Positions 28,227 to 37,377 of a DNA stretch of 64,000 nucleotides are shown here, piece by piece. The number at the start of each line of letters is the position of its first letter. Position 1 is the first letter of the stretch. This DNA comes from an uncultured Chloroflexia bacterium (GTDB taxonomy: Bacteria > Chloroflexota > Limnocylindria > Limnocylindrales > CSP1-4). The stretch covers positions 129,441-193,440 of the forward strand of contig CAWBTQ010000003.1 of NCBI GenBank assembly GCA_963791725.1, given 5' to 3'. The position numbers were made by a program, and so were the translations under genes. The notes under the pieces are model-generated. The model worked only from the letters and a program-made list of their open reading frames with translations. It did no database searches and was not told the origin of the DNA.

Positions 28227-28970
28227 ATGGCAATCCTCGAAGGCCGAAACCTCCGCAAGACCTACCGCCTGAGCAAGCGCAACACCGTCGAGGCCCTCAA
28301 GGGCGTCGAGATCTCGATCGACGCGGGCGAGATGGTCGCGATCATGGGCCCGTCCGGCTCGGGCAAGAGCACGCTGATGCACATCCTGGGCCTGCTCCAC
28401 GCCCCCGACCCGAACCACGGGCCGGCTCCCGAGCTCCGCCTGGGCGGCGAGGACGTCGCCTCCCTCTCCGACAACGACCGGACCAGGATCCGCGCCCGCC
28501 GCATGGGCTTCGTCTTCCAGGACTTCAACCTCGTCCCGACGCTGACGGCGCTCGAGAACGTGCTTCTCGCCTGCGACTACGCCGGGATCAAAGGCAAGGA
28601 CGCCCGCGAGGCCGCGCTCGAGGCCCTCGGTCTCGTCGGTCTGGCCGATCGAGCCGGCCACAAGCCGTCCGAGCTTTCGGGCGGCGAGCAGCAGCGCGTC
28701 GCCATCGCTCGGGCGCTCGTCAACAAGCCTGAGATCATCCTGGCCGACGAGCCGACGGGCAACCTCGACTCGGATCGCAGCGCCGAGGTCCTGGCTCTCC
28801 TGCGCGAGTTCAACCACGAGCACGGGCAGACGATCGTCCTCGTGACCCACGACTCCGAGGTCGGCGAGGCTTGCGACCGCGTCATCCGGATGCGCGACGG
28901 GCGCATCCGCGACCACGGCCTGCACATCGCCCCCGACATGGCCATCCACGCGACGGCCGCCACGGCCTGA
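28227..28970 (+). CDS. ABC transporter ATP-binding protein (LolD/MacB-like)
   Basis: GPSGSGKS, LSGGEQQRVAIARAL, LADEPTGNLD. Confidence 0.95.
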   Translation: MAILEGRNLRKTYRLSKRNTVEALKGVEISIDAGEMVAIMGPSGSGKSTLMHILGLLHAPDPNHGPAPELRLGGEDVASLSDNDRTRIRARRMGFVFQDFNLVPTLTALENVLLACDYAGIKGKDAREAALEALGLVGLADRAGHKPSELSGGEQQRVAIARALVNKPEIILADEPTGNLDSDRSAEVLALLREFNHEHGQTIVLVTHDSEVGEACDRVIRMRDGRIRDHGLHIAPDMAIHATAATA

Positions 28971-29016
28971 TTGACCCGCCACTCGGTCTCGCATTGAGAA
29001 GGAGGAGCACCCGGTC

Positions 29017-31371
29017 ATGGAAACGGAGATCGTCGATGGAGCGCCAGCCTTGAAGCGCGAGCCCTGGACCGTCCGGGTGGCGGTCTGGAGCGCGCGGCAT
29101 CGCTGGCCCGTGCTGGCCGGGTGGCTCGTGCTGACCATGGGTCTGATGTTCGCCAGCGTCGCCCTGGGCGGGCAGCGAGTCCAGTCCGTCATGGACAAGG
29201 GCAAGACCATCGGCGACTCACAGACCGGTTGGAACGCCTTCAACGACGCCGGCACGAAGGGCGTCGACACCGAGACCTTCTATCTCATCGTCTCCAATCC
29301 GGGCGGCAAGCTCGACACGCCGGCCAATCGGACGGCCATCGCGGACATGACCGCGCGCCTGACCGCCCTGACCGCCCAGGTCGACGGCACGGCCACGCCG
29401 GTCTTCTACAAGGAACCCAGGAGCTCGCTCCCGGCCGTGGTCGATCCGTTCGCCCTCGCGGCAGTGGCCCCGGACCAGGCGGCGGACGTCCTGTCGGCGG
29501 ATGGGACGACGGCCATCGTCAGCGCCAAGATCGCCGGCGACAGCGAAGTGACGGGCGTAAAGGCGAATGCAGTCAGGCCGCTCGAAGACCAATTCAAGAA
29601 GGACTACCCGAGCCTGACGATCGTCGCCCTGGACAACAACCTGATCAACTCCGACTTCGGCGACTACGTCAACAGCTCGCTCGATGCGCTGCTGTTCCCG
29701 ACCCTGATCATCACGTTCTTCATTCTGCTGCTCGCCTCGCGCTCCGCCATCGCCGCCTTCGTGCCTATCGTCCTCGCTCTCAGTGCCATCGTCGGCGCGA
29801 TGGGCATGGTCGGCATGTACAGCCAGGCGGTCGCCCCAATAAGCCAGTACGTCGTCCAGATCGTCGTCTTGATCGGATTGGCGGTGGCGGTCGACTACTC
29901 GCTCTTCGTGATCTCTCGCTTCCGGACCGAACGCTCGGCCGGGCGCGACAAGTTCGGCGCCATCGAGGTGGCCAGCTCCACAGCCGGTCGAGCCGTGTTC
30001 TTCAGCGGCCTGGCGGTCATGATCTCCCTGGGCGGCCTGCTCCTGATCGACGATGACGTATTCAAGTCGATCGCCATCGGTGCGATTGCGGTCGTCCTCA
30101 TCTCGGTGACAGGGAGCCTGACTTTCCTTCCGGCGGCGCTCTCGATCCTCGATAGGAAGGTCATGCGCTTCGGCATCCCGTTCCTCTCTCGCGACCGTGG
30201 CGAGGGCCGAGGGATCTGGGGAACCATCGTCCGCGCAGCCACGAATCGGCCTCTCGTTGCGGCCGTTGCGGCCGGCGCGATCCTTCTGCTGGTGGCCGCC
30301 CCGGTTTCGAAACTTCAGCTCGGCTCGACCACCAGCGACGTCTCGACTCTGCCTCACAGCGTCGAGGGCGTCCGCGCCTGGGAGCTCATCTCCACAAAGT
30401 GGCCGGCTGGCCGCAACCTGACCGTAGAGATCATCGTCACGAACGCGAAGGCGTCACCGACGGCGGCCGCCATCGAGACCTTTGCGACGGCCATGAAGGA
30501 CGGCCAGGTCGCCGGCGTCAACGCTGCCACCACGAGCCTGTCCACCTCCGGCGACGGCACGGTCGTCGACATCTCGGCGGCAATCCCAGGTGGGCCTAAC
30601 GACCTTGCCAACTGGGACCTCGCCCGCAACTTCCGGACGTCGGTCGTGCCGAGCTACTTCGGAGCGCTGGCAAACACTCGGGTATACGTATCCGGGGACG
30701 CCGCCTTCACGATGGACTACTCCAACTGGTACGGCGGCCAGATGCCGCTGGTGATCGTCTTCGTGCTCGGCATGAGCTTCCTGCTCCTGCTGGTGGCCTT
30801 CCACTCCATTGTCATCGCGGCCAAGGCCATCATCCTCAACCTGCTGTCGGCCGGGGCGGCCTTCGGCGTTCTGGTCCTGCTCTTCCAGGAGGGCTGGTTC
30901 AAGGACGTGACGGGCATCCGACCCAACGTCATCGAGGCGTGGGCTCCGGCGATGATCTTCACGATCCTGTTCGGGCTCTCGATGGACTACCACGTCTTCA
31001 TCCTGACCCGGGTCAAGGAAGCCCGAGACCGCGGCCTGGCCTCCACCGACGCCGTTGTCAAGGGCATCACCATCACTGCCGGCACGGTCACGAGCGCGGC
31101 CGCGATCATGGTCTGCGTCTTCGGCGCCTTCTTCACGATCCAGCTGGCGATCATGCAGGAGCTTGGCGTGGGACTTGCGGTGGCGATCCTGGTGGACGCC
31201 ACGGTGGTCCGCAGCCTGCTGTTGCCTTCGCTGATGAAGCTGCTGGGCGAGTGGAACTGGTGGATGCCGAGCTTCCTGCGGTGGATCCCTCGAATCACGA
31301 TCGAGGGTGAGCCCGAGGCGCTGCTGGGCGCCGGACACGGCGGTTTCGACGAGGGCTCGGCAAGCGCCTAG
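29017..31371 (+). CDS. MMPL (RND superfamily) transporter
   Basis: Two TM blocks; AVDYSLF, AGRAVFFSG, FGLSMDYHVF, GEWNWW. Confidence 0.94.
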   Translation: METEIVDGAPALKREPWTVRVAVWSARHRWPVLAGWLVLTMGLMFASVALGGQRVQSVMDKGKTIGDSQTGWNAFNDAGTKGVDTETFYLIVSNPGGKLDTPANRTAIADMTARLTALTAQVDGTATPVFYKEPRSSLPAVVDPFALAAVAPDQAADVLSADGTTAIVSAKIAGDSEVTGVKANAVRPLEDQFKKDYPSLTIVALDNNLINSDFGDYVNSSLDALLFPTLIITFFILLLASRSAIAAFVPIVLALSAIVGAMGMVGMYSQAVAPISQYVVQIVVLIGLAVAVDYSLFVISRFRTERSAGRDKFGAIEVASSTAGRAVFFSGLAVMISLGGLLLIDDDVFKSIAIGAIAVVLISVTGSLTFLPAALSILDRKVMRFGIPFLSRDRGEGRGIWGTIVRAATNRPLVAAVAAGAILLLVAAPVSKLQLGSTTSDVSTLPHSVEGVRAWELISTKWPAGRNLTVEIIVTNAKASPTAAAIETFATAMKDGQVAGVNAATTSLSTSGDGTVVDISAAIPGGPNDLANWDLARNFRTSVVPSYFGALANTRVYVSGDAAFTMDYSNWYGGQMPLVIVFVLGMSFLLLLVAFHSIVIAAKAIILNLLSAGAAFGVLVLLFQEGWFKDVTGIRPNVIEAWAPAMIFTILFGLSMDYHVFILTRVKEARDRGLASTDAVVKGITITAGTVTSAAAIMVCVFGAFFTIQLAIMQELGVGLAVAILVDATVVRSLLLPSLMKLLGEWNWWMPSFLRWIPRITIEGEPEALLGAGHGGFDEGSASA

Positions 31372-31666
31372 CCCAATTGGGCTCGGGACAAAGACCCTTC
31401 GCGGCGCCGTCATCCCTTCGCGGTGCCGCAATCCCTCATCGGCGAAGCCGCGTTCCCTCGCTCGCCGGGCGTCGCGAGCGACCGTCTGGGGTTCCCGCCT
31501 ATCATTCGCGGCGGATGGAGCGGGCTCCTCGATCGCTAGCGTTCGGGGAGAGGAGTCGTTGGTCCCGTCCCCGGGTCGTTGCCGCTCCCGCACCTTCCCG
31601 TTTCATGGGGCGTCCAGCTTCCCCCTCGGCTGGGCGCCCCACTTCTCCACCGGATGGAGAACTCAT

Positions 31667-32620
31667 TTGACCCAACCGACGCCTCCAGCCGCAGCCCACA
31701 TCTGGCTGAACGGCCGGCTGCTCCCGTCCGACATCCCGCACCTCTCGGCCTACGACCGAGGCTTCCAGCTGGGCGACGGGGTCTTCGAGGCCCTGCGAGC
31801 CCGCCGCGGCGTCCCGATCGAGCTGGACGGGCACCTCGCCCGCCTCCACGCCAGCCTTCAGGCGCTCGCCTTCGAGCTGCCGTTCGGTGACGAGAGCATG
31901 GCGACGGGGATAGCCGACCTCCTCGCGGCCGAGGCATGGGACTCGGTCGAGCCGCCGAGCGACGTGGCCGTCAGGATCACGGTCAGCCGCGGCTACGATC
32001 CCTCCCGCGGCGTCGCCGCAGCGGCCGGCGGCGTTGCCTCAGTCGCCATACAGGCCTGGCCGTTCACTCCGCCGTCCGCTCGGGTCCTGCGCGAGGGTGA
32101 GCGCTTCATCACGAGCGTCGTGCGCCGCGACGCCGACTCGCCCATCTCCGGGATCAAGACGATCTCACGCGCCGAGCTGGTCTACGCCCGCATCGAGGCC
32201 GAACGCGCCGGCGCGGACGATGCCATCTTCCTGACCACCGATGGCCGCATCACCGAAGCCACCACGGCAAACGTTCTGCTGATCCGGGGCGACGTCTGCG
32301 CCACTCCACGCCTCGGGACGGGGCTGCTGGCCGGCACGACGCGAGCTTGGCTGGTGGCTCACGGAGACGCCGTGGGCCTGCGCATGGTCGAGCAGGACCT
32401 GCGCCTCGACGACGTCCATGCGGCCGACGAGGCGGCCATTTGCTCGAGCATCGGCGGCGTGGTGCCGATGGTCTCGCTCGACGGGCGTCCCATCGGCACC
32501 GGCGCGCCGGGACCGCGCACGATTGCGATGCGGGCCGCGCGAGAGGCGTGGATCGATCGCGTCTCGCTGGGGGGCTTGGACCCCCGCGACATCTCTGCGG
32601 CCGGCGAGCGCCCAGGCTAG
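31667..32620 (+). CDS. Class IV aminotransferase (IlvE/D-AAT/PabC family)
   Basis: DRGFQLGDGVFE, HLARL, IKT (PLP Lys), EATTAN, LAGTTR; TTG start after GGAGA. Confidence 0.88.
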   Translation: MTQPTPPAAAHIWLNGRLLPSDIPHLSAYDRGFQLGDGVFEALRARRGVPIELDGHLARLHASLQALAFELPFGDESMATGIADLLAAEAWDSVEPPSDVAVRITVSRGYDPSRGVAAAAGGVASVAIQAWPFTPPSARVLREGERFITSVVRRDADSPISGIKTISRAELVYARIEAERAGADDAIFLTTDGRITEATTANVLLIRGDVCATPRLGTGLLAGTTRAWLVAHGDAVGLRMVEQDLRLDDVHAADEAAICSSIGGVVPMVSLDGRPIGTGAPGPRTIAMRAAREAWIDRVSLGGLDPRDISAAGERPG

Positions 32621-32629
32621 ACTTTCCAC

Positions 32630-33349
32630 GTGACAGAGAGCCGCGCCCCCAGCTCCGAGCAAGCCGCCGAAGGCGCGGCTCCGCCGGCGAAGACGCCCGC
32701 CAAACCCGGCGCGAGTCGATCGAAGACGGCCGCGGCTGCGACTCCAGCCAAGCCCGCGACTCCGGCCAAGCCCGCGACGCCCGCCAAACCCGCGAGCGGC
32801 CGCAGGGTGGCCCGGGCGGCAGTCTCGAAGGCTATCGCCGTGCCGTCGAGGCCGGGCAAGCCGTCCGCTCACCACCCCAATCTCGGCCTGGCCCCGACCG
32901 ACATGTTCGCCGGTCATGCGGCGGCCGCCGAGAAGCTGCGCGCCAACGTCGTCCGGATCGCGGCCGTAGGGCTGGAGAAAGCGGTAAAGGCCGACCCGAC
33001 ACTCACGACGCGGTACGACCAGCCGGCGCTCCGGCACCTGTTGCGGGACGGCGAGCTGCTCGTAGAGCGCCTCTCGATGTGCCTGGGCAGCGGCGATGGT
33101 CGGTGGCTTGCCGACTACGCCGAGTGGATCGGACCCGTCTACCGGAGACGTGGCGTGCCCCTGGCCGATCTGAGCGCCCTCTGCGCCGGCATCCGCGAGG
33201 CCGCGGTACCCTACCTGAGCGCCGATGAACTCGAGGCCGCCGGACAGGCGCTGGACGGTGCCGTTGCCGTCTGGCGGCGCAACGGCCGTCTCGCCGGCGA
33301 CCGCCACAAGCGCAACGCCCTTTGGAAGTGGCTCTACCGCGGCGTCTGA
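32630..33349 (+). CDS. Hypothetical protein: PATPAK-repeat tail plus helical globin/phycobiliprotein-like domain
   Basis: ATPAKP x3; LLRD...GD...Y..RGVP pattern. Confidence 0.65.
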   Translation: MTESRAPSSEQAAEGAAPPAKTPAKPGASRSKTAAAATPAKPATPAKPATPAKPASGRRVARAAVSKAIAVPSRPGKPSAHHPNLGLAPTDMFAGHAAAAEKLRANVVRIAAVGLEKAVKADPTLTTRYDQPALRHLLRDGELLVERLSMCLGSGDGRWLADYAEWIGPVYRRRGVPLADLSALCAGIREAAVPYLSADELEAAGQALDGAVAVWRRNGRLAGDRHKRNALWKWLYRGV

Positions 33350-33400
33350 CCGCTGCTCCGACGTGGCGCGTCCAGCCGCAACTCCCGCATGGAGGCCGCA

Positions 33401-33742
33401 ATGACGATCAAGTGGGTGAAGGTCGATCCGCTCGTCCTGCGCGGCGAGCCGTTCCTGTACAACACTCGCCTTACGGTTCGCCAGCTGCTCGAGCTGAGGC
33501 GCGAAGGCTACGGCGTCGCGAGGCTGTTGCGTGAGCACCCGGAGCTACGGGTCGTGGGCATCGCCCAGGCCTACCGCTATGCCTCCGAGCATCGCGACAG
33601 CTACGCCGAATTCTTCGATCGCAATGGCCGACTGACCGGCCCGGGCCTGACCGACGAGGAAGCCGCGAAGCTCCCGGAGGCGCTCCGCATCGCCGGCATA
33701 GTCGTGGCCGCGGGCCGGGCTCCGGCACGCCCACCTGCCTGA
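33401..33742 (+). CDS. DUF433 domain protein
   Basis: VDPLVLRGEPFLYNTRLTV...LLREHPEL. Confidence 0.75.
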   Translation: MTIKWVKVDPLVLRGEPFLYNTRLTVRQLLELRREGYGVARLLREHPELRVVGIAQAYRYASEHRDSYAEFFDRNGRLTGPGLTDEEAAKLPEALRIAGIVVAAGRAPARPPA

Positions 33743-33796
33743 ACCGGGCCCGGCCGATTCCACTATTCCGACGAAACTGCTAGGATATCCCGCGCT

Positions 33797-34180
33797 ATGA
33801 GCGATCCCGTCAAGACCATCGAAAACGCCCCCACCCAACCGGCCACCGAAGCCGAGGCCGAGTCTTCGCCCGACGCGGCGGCGACGCCGCCCTTCGACGC
33901 CGCCCGTCGCGCAACCGAGCTGGCCGTCCTCGACGCCCTCCGCGCGGTCGTAGATCCCGAGCTCGGGATGGACGTGGTCGAGCTGGCCTTGATCAAGCAG
34001 ATCATCATTGGCAACGGGTCGTCGGAGATCAAGATGGTCCTTACGACGCCGTTCTGCCCATACGCCGGCTCGATGGTCCAGCAGATCAAGGACCAGACCG
34101 AGTCGGTGCTCGAGCACCCGGTCAAGGTGACACTGCTCGCCGAACGCTGGGACCCACGCGACGCCGGCTTGATGTGGTGA
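33797..34180 (+). CDS. DUF59/SufT-like Fe-S cluster assembly factor
   Basis: LRAVVDPELGMDVVELALI...MVLTTPFCP. Confidence 0.9.
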   Translation: MSDPVKTIENAPTQPATEAEAESSPDAAATPPFDAARRATELAVLDALRAVVDPELGMDVVELALIKQIIIGNGSSEIKMVLTTPFCPYAGSMVQQIKDQTESVLEHPVKVTLLAERWDPRDAGLMW

Positions 34181-34204
34181 GCCGCTAGATCGAGCGAGGG
34201 GATC

Positions 34205-34864
34205 GTGCCCGACAAGCCTCAACGCAAGTCAGCGATCGCCACCCGGCGAGGTGACGACGGCACAACCGGCTTGCTCTTCGGCGGCGAACGCATCTTCAAG
34301 AACGACCCGCGAACCGAGGCGTACGGTGCGATAGACGAGGCCGTCGCAGCGCTCGGTCTGGCTCGCGCGGAGCTGAACCTCAAGGCCCAGTACGGAACCC
34401 TCCCGCGAACGCTCGACCGCCTGCCGGAGCTCATCCTGCGCTTCCAGCGGGAGCTGTTCGTGGCCGGCGCCGAGCTGGCGACCGCGCCTCACGCGGTGGA
34501 TCGCCAGAAGCCGGGCGAGACTCGCGTCACGGCGGCTATGGTCGACGCCCTCGACGCGCTGCTGGCAGACACCGAGGCGTCCGTGGAGCTGCCGCGCGAG
34601 TTCGTGGTACCGGGCGAGACGCGCCTTTCCGCCGCCCTCGAGCTGGCCCGGACGATCGTTCGGCGGGCCGAGCGCCACGCGGTCGGGATGCGCCGCGCGG
34701 AGCCGATCGCAGACGACCAGCTGGTGCCGTATCTGAACCGCCTGGCTGACCTGCTGTGGATCCTCGCCCGCGCCGCCGAGCAGGGCGAGTCCAAGACCGC
34801 CACCCCATCGCGAACCGATTCGAAGCGCGGACGCGGCCCGGCCGCGGCGGAGCCGTTCGACTGA
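34205..34864 (+). CDS. PduO-type cob(I)alamin adenosyltransferase
   Basis: TRRGDDGTT, EAYGAIDE, FVVPG, ARTIVRRAER, YLNRLADLLW. Confidence 0.92.
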   Translation: MPDKPQRKSAIATRRGDDGTTGLLFGGERIFKNDPRTEAYGAIDEAVAALGLARAELNLKAQYGTLPRTLDRLPELILRFQRELFVAGAELATAPHAVDRQKPGETRVTAAMVDALDALLADTEASVELPREFVVPGETRLSAALELARTIVRRAERHAVGMRRAEPIADDQLVPYLNRLADLLWILARAAEQGESKTATPSRTDSKRGRGPAAAEPFD

Positions 34865-34997
34865 AATGTGAGCCACGGCAACGCGCCGCCGCGACGGCTG
34901 ACGTAGGATCAAATGGAACGGCGATCGGGGATCGAGCAGGCTGCCGGCCGGTCTCACGACCCGCACCGCCGCATAGACCTCGATCGGAGGACCCAAG

Positions 34998-35726
34998 ATG
35001 AACAACTATCCATACGCTCCGGGCGGCTCGTACGAGCAGCTCGGGGTTCGGCCGGCCGCAAGGCTGTCCGTGGCCTTCCTGTCCCAGGCCTTCACCTGGA
35101 TGTTCCTGGGGCTGCTGCTCAGCGCCTTCGTCGCCTACCTGGTCCAGAACAACCTGGGGCTGACCCAGACTGTCTTCAACCTCTGGCTACCGCTGATCAT
35201 CGCCGAGATGGTGATCGGCGTCGGCCTGCAGGTCGCCATTCGCAGGATCAACGCGACGGTCGCTCTCGGGCTGTTCCTGATCTACGCGGCGATCAACGGC
35301 CTGACGTTCGGCGTGATCATCCTGGCGTACACCTACCAGACGGGCTCGGCGGCGACGGTCGTCGAGGCGTTCGTCAGCGCGGCGGCGATGTTCGGTGGCG
35401 CGGCACTCTACGGCGCGGTGACGAAGCGGTCGCTGGCGAGCATGTTCGGCTATCTGGCGATGGCCACGTGGGGACTCATGGTCGCCCTGATCCTCAACAT
35501 CTTCCTGGGCAACGGCACGCTCGACGTCATCATCTCGGTGATCGGCGTGGTCATCTTCACGGCCCTCACCGCATCCACCGTCCAGCGCATATCCACCGGC
35601 CAGATCGCGGCCATGACCGGGTCGATGGAGAAGGCTTCGGTGATCGGGGCGCTGCTGCTCTACCTGGAGTTCGTGAACATCTTCCTGTTCCTGCTGCGCC
35701 TCTTTGGCGGCGGCGGACGCCGCTAG
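34998..35726 (+). CDS. Bax inhibitor-1/YccA family membrane protein
   Basis: About 7 TMs; GALLLYLEFVNIFLFLLRLFG. Confidence 0.92.
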   Translation: MNNYPYAPGGSYEQLGVRPAARLSVAFLSQAFTWMFLGLLLSAFVAYLVQNNLGLTQTVFNLWLPLIIAEMVIGVGLQVAIRRINATVALGLFLIYAAINGLTFGVIILAYTYQTGSAATVVEAFVSAAAMFGGAALYGAVTKRSLASMFGYLAMATWGLMVALILNIFLGNGTLDVIISVIGVVIFTALTASTVQRISTGQIAAMTGSMEKASVIGALLLYLEFVNIFLFLLRLFGGGGRR

Positions 35727-35853
35727 GAGCGCGATGGCTCGGCCAGATCCGAGCGCAACCACGACGCAGCGCGGCCCGGCTGGAAACAGCCGGGCCGCCT
35801 CTCTTTGGCGAGGGGCACGCGTCGGACCGGTCGGGGGGTGCATCATTCGTGTC

Positions 35854-37152
35854 GTGATCCCAGCCATCGGTCCGTTCCGGGTCCGCCCTCGCGCCGCGCA
35901 CGCAGCCGGTGCGTTGCTGCTCGCGGTAGGGATTGCCGCGTGCGGCAGCTCGGTCCCGACGCCGCCACCGGGAGTCACCTCCGCCGCGACGCCCTCGCCG
36001 GGGATCACGAGCGCCGCGACGAACAGCCCCACGGCGGCAGCGAACGAATCCATCGTCCCCGTCCCGACCTCACAGCTGGTCGTCGCGAGCGGGCCCTCCC
36101 CACGGCTGGATACGACCAAGGCCGCGGCGCTCCAGGCCGCCCTCGACGGTATTCGCAACCGCGCCAGGATCCCCGGCGCTTCGGCCGCGATCCTCTTCCC
36201 CGACGGGTCCATCTGGACCGGGGTATCCGGCGCGGCCGTGATATCCCCGGCGGCACCGGTCACGGCCGACACGCTCTTCTCGGTCGGGAGCATCAGCAAG
36301 ACCTTCGTCGCGGCGCTGGCGGGGCGGCTCGCCATGGCGGGCACCATCGGCCTTGACGACCCGCTCTCCAAATACGTGCCGACCTTCCCGAACGCGGCGA
36401 ACATCACGATCCGTGAGCTGCTGAACCACACCAGCGGCATCAAGGATCTCTTCGAGATACCGGCGATAGCGAGCGCGATAGTTGCCCAGCGCAGCGCGAC
36501 CTGGACCTCGGATCGCGTGCTTTCGATGGTGGGATCGCTCAGATACTTCGCGCCGGGCACCGGCTACCACTACTCGAACACGGATTTCGTCCTGCTGGGG
36601 TTGGTCATCGAGAAGGCGACCGGCCAGACGGTGGCGGCACTTGTCCGCTCGACGTTCCTGACGCCACTCGGCCTGAGCCACACCTACCTCCAGACTGAGG
36701 AGGAAGCTCAGGGCTCCGAGGCCCACGGCTACCTGGCCCCCGCCTCCAGACCGGTCGACAACTCGGCCGGGACGATGCTCCCGTTCACCGCCGAGGCAAC
36801 CGCGGCCGGCTTCTCCGGCGCCTATGTGTCCACGGCATCGGACCTGGCCGTCTGGGCGAACGCGCTGTACGGCGGCCAGATCCTCGACCAGGCCACGCTG
36901 GCTTCGATGGTCGACATCTCGCCGTCGCTCGCATTCAAGATCAAGCCGCCTTTTCCTTACGGGCTCGGGTTCGAGGAGACGACCGTGGCCGGACAGCTGG
37001 CGTGGGGCCATCGTGGCCATCTGGACGGGTTCTGGTCGGCGATGGAGTACCTGCCCGCATACCACGTCACGATCGTCGTCCTGACCAACGCCAACTGGGC
37101 CACCGATCCGGTCTCGGCGTGTTCGAGCCTGGGCAAGATCGCCATCGCTTAG
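35854..37152 (+). CDS. Serine hydrolase, beta-lactamase/D-Ala-D-Ala peptidase family lipoprotein
   Basis: IAAC lipobox, FSVGSISK (SxxK), LLNHTSG, YSN, HRG; start uncertain. Confidence 0.88.
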   Translation: MIPAIGPFRVRPRAAHAAGALLLAVGIAACGSSVPTPPPGVTSAATPSPGITSAATNSPTAAANESIVPVPTSQLVVASGPSPRLDTTKAAALQAALDGIRNRARIPGASAAILFPDGSIWTGVSGAAVISPAAPVTADTLFSVGSISKTFVAALAGRLAMAGTIGLDDPLSKYVPTFPNAANITIRELLNHTSGIKDLFEIPAIASAIVAQRSATWTSDRVLSMVGSLRYFAPGTGYHYSNTDFVLLGLVIEKATGQTVAALVRSTFLTPLGLSHTYLQTEEEAQGSEAHGYLAPASRPVDNSAGTMLPFTAEATAAGFSGAYVSTASDLAVWANALYGGQILDQATLASMVDISPSLAFKIKPPFPYGLGFEETTVAGQLAWGHRGHLDGFWSAMEYLPAYHVTIVVLTNANWATDPVSACSSLGKIAIA

Positions 37153-37377
37153 ACGTCGACCCGACCTGGATCAAGCGCGAACGGTCAGCGTCGGGGATCG
37201 ATCGAAATGCGGCCACACCGGGATGATGGTTTCAGACTCGGTACTTTCCGAACCGCTATTCTTAGATCCCTGCCGCGGAAGGGTGACCGATCACCGACGC
37301 CAGACCCGCGCGGACGCCCCGCGAAGTGCGAACTTGCGACCCGTGTGCCCACACGGCCGCTGGAGGCAGCGCAGATA

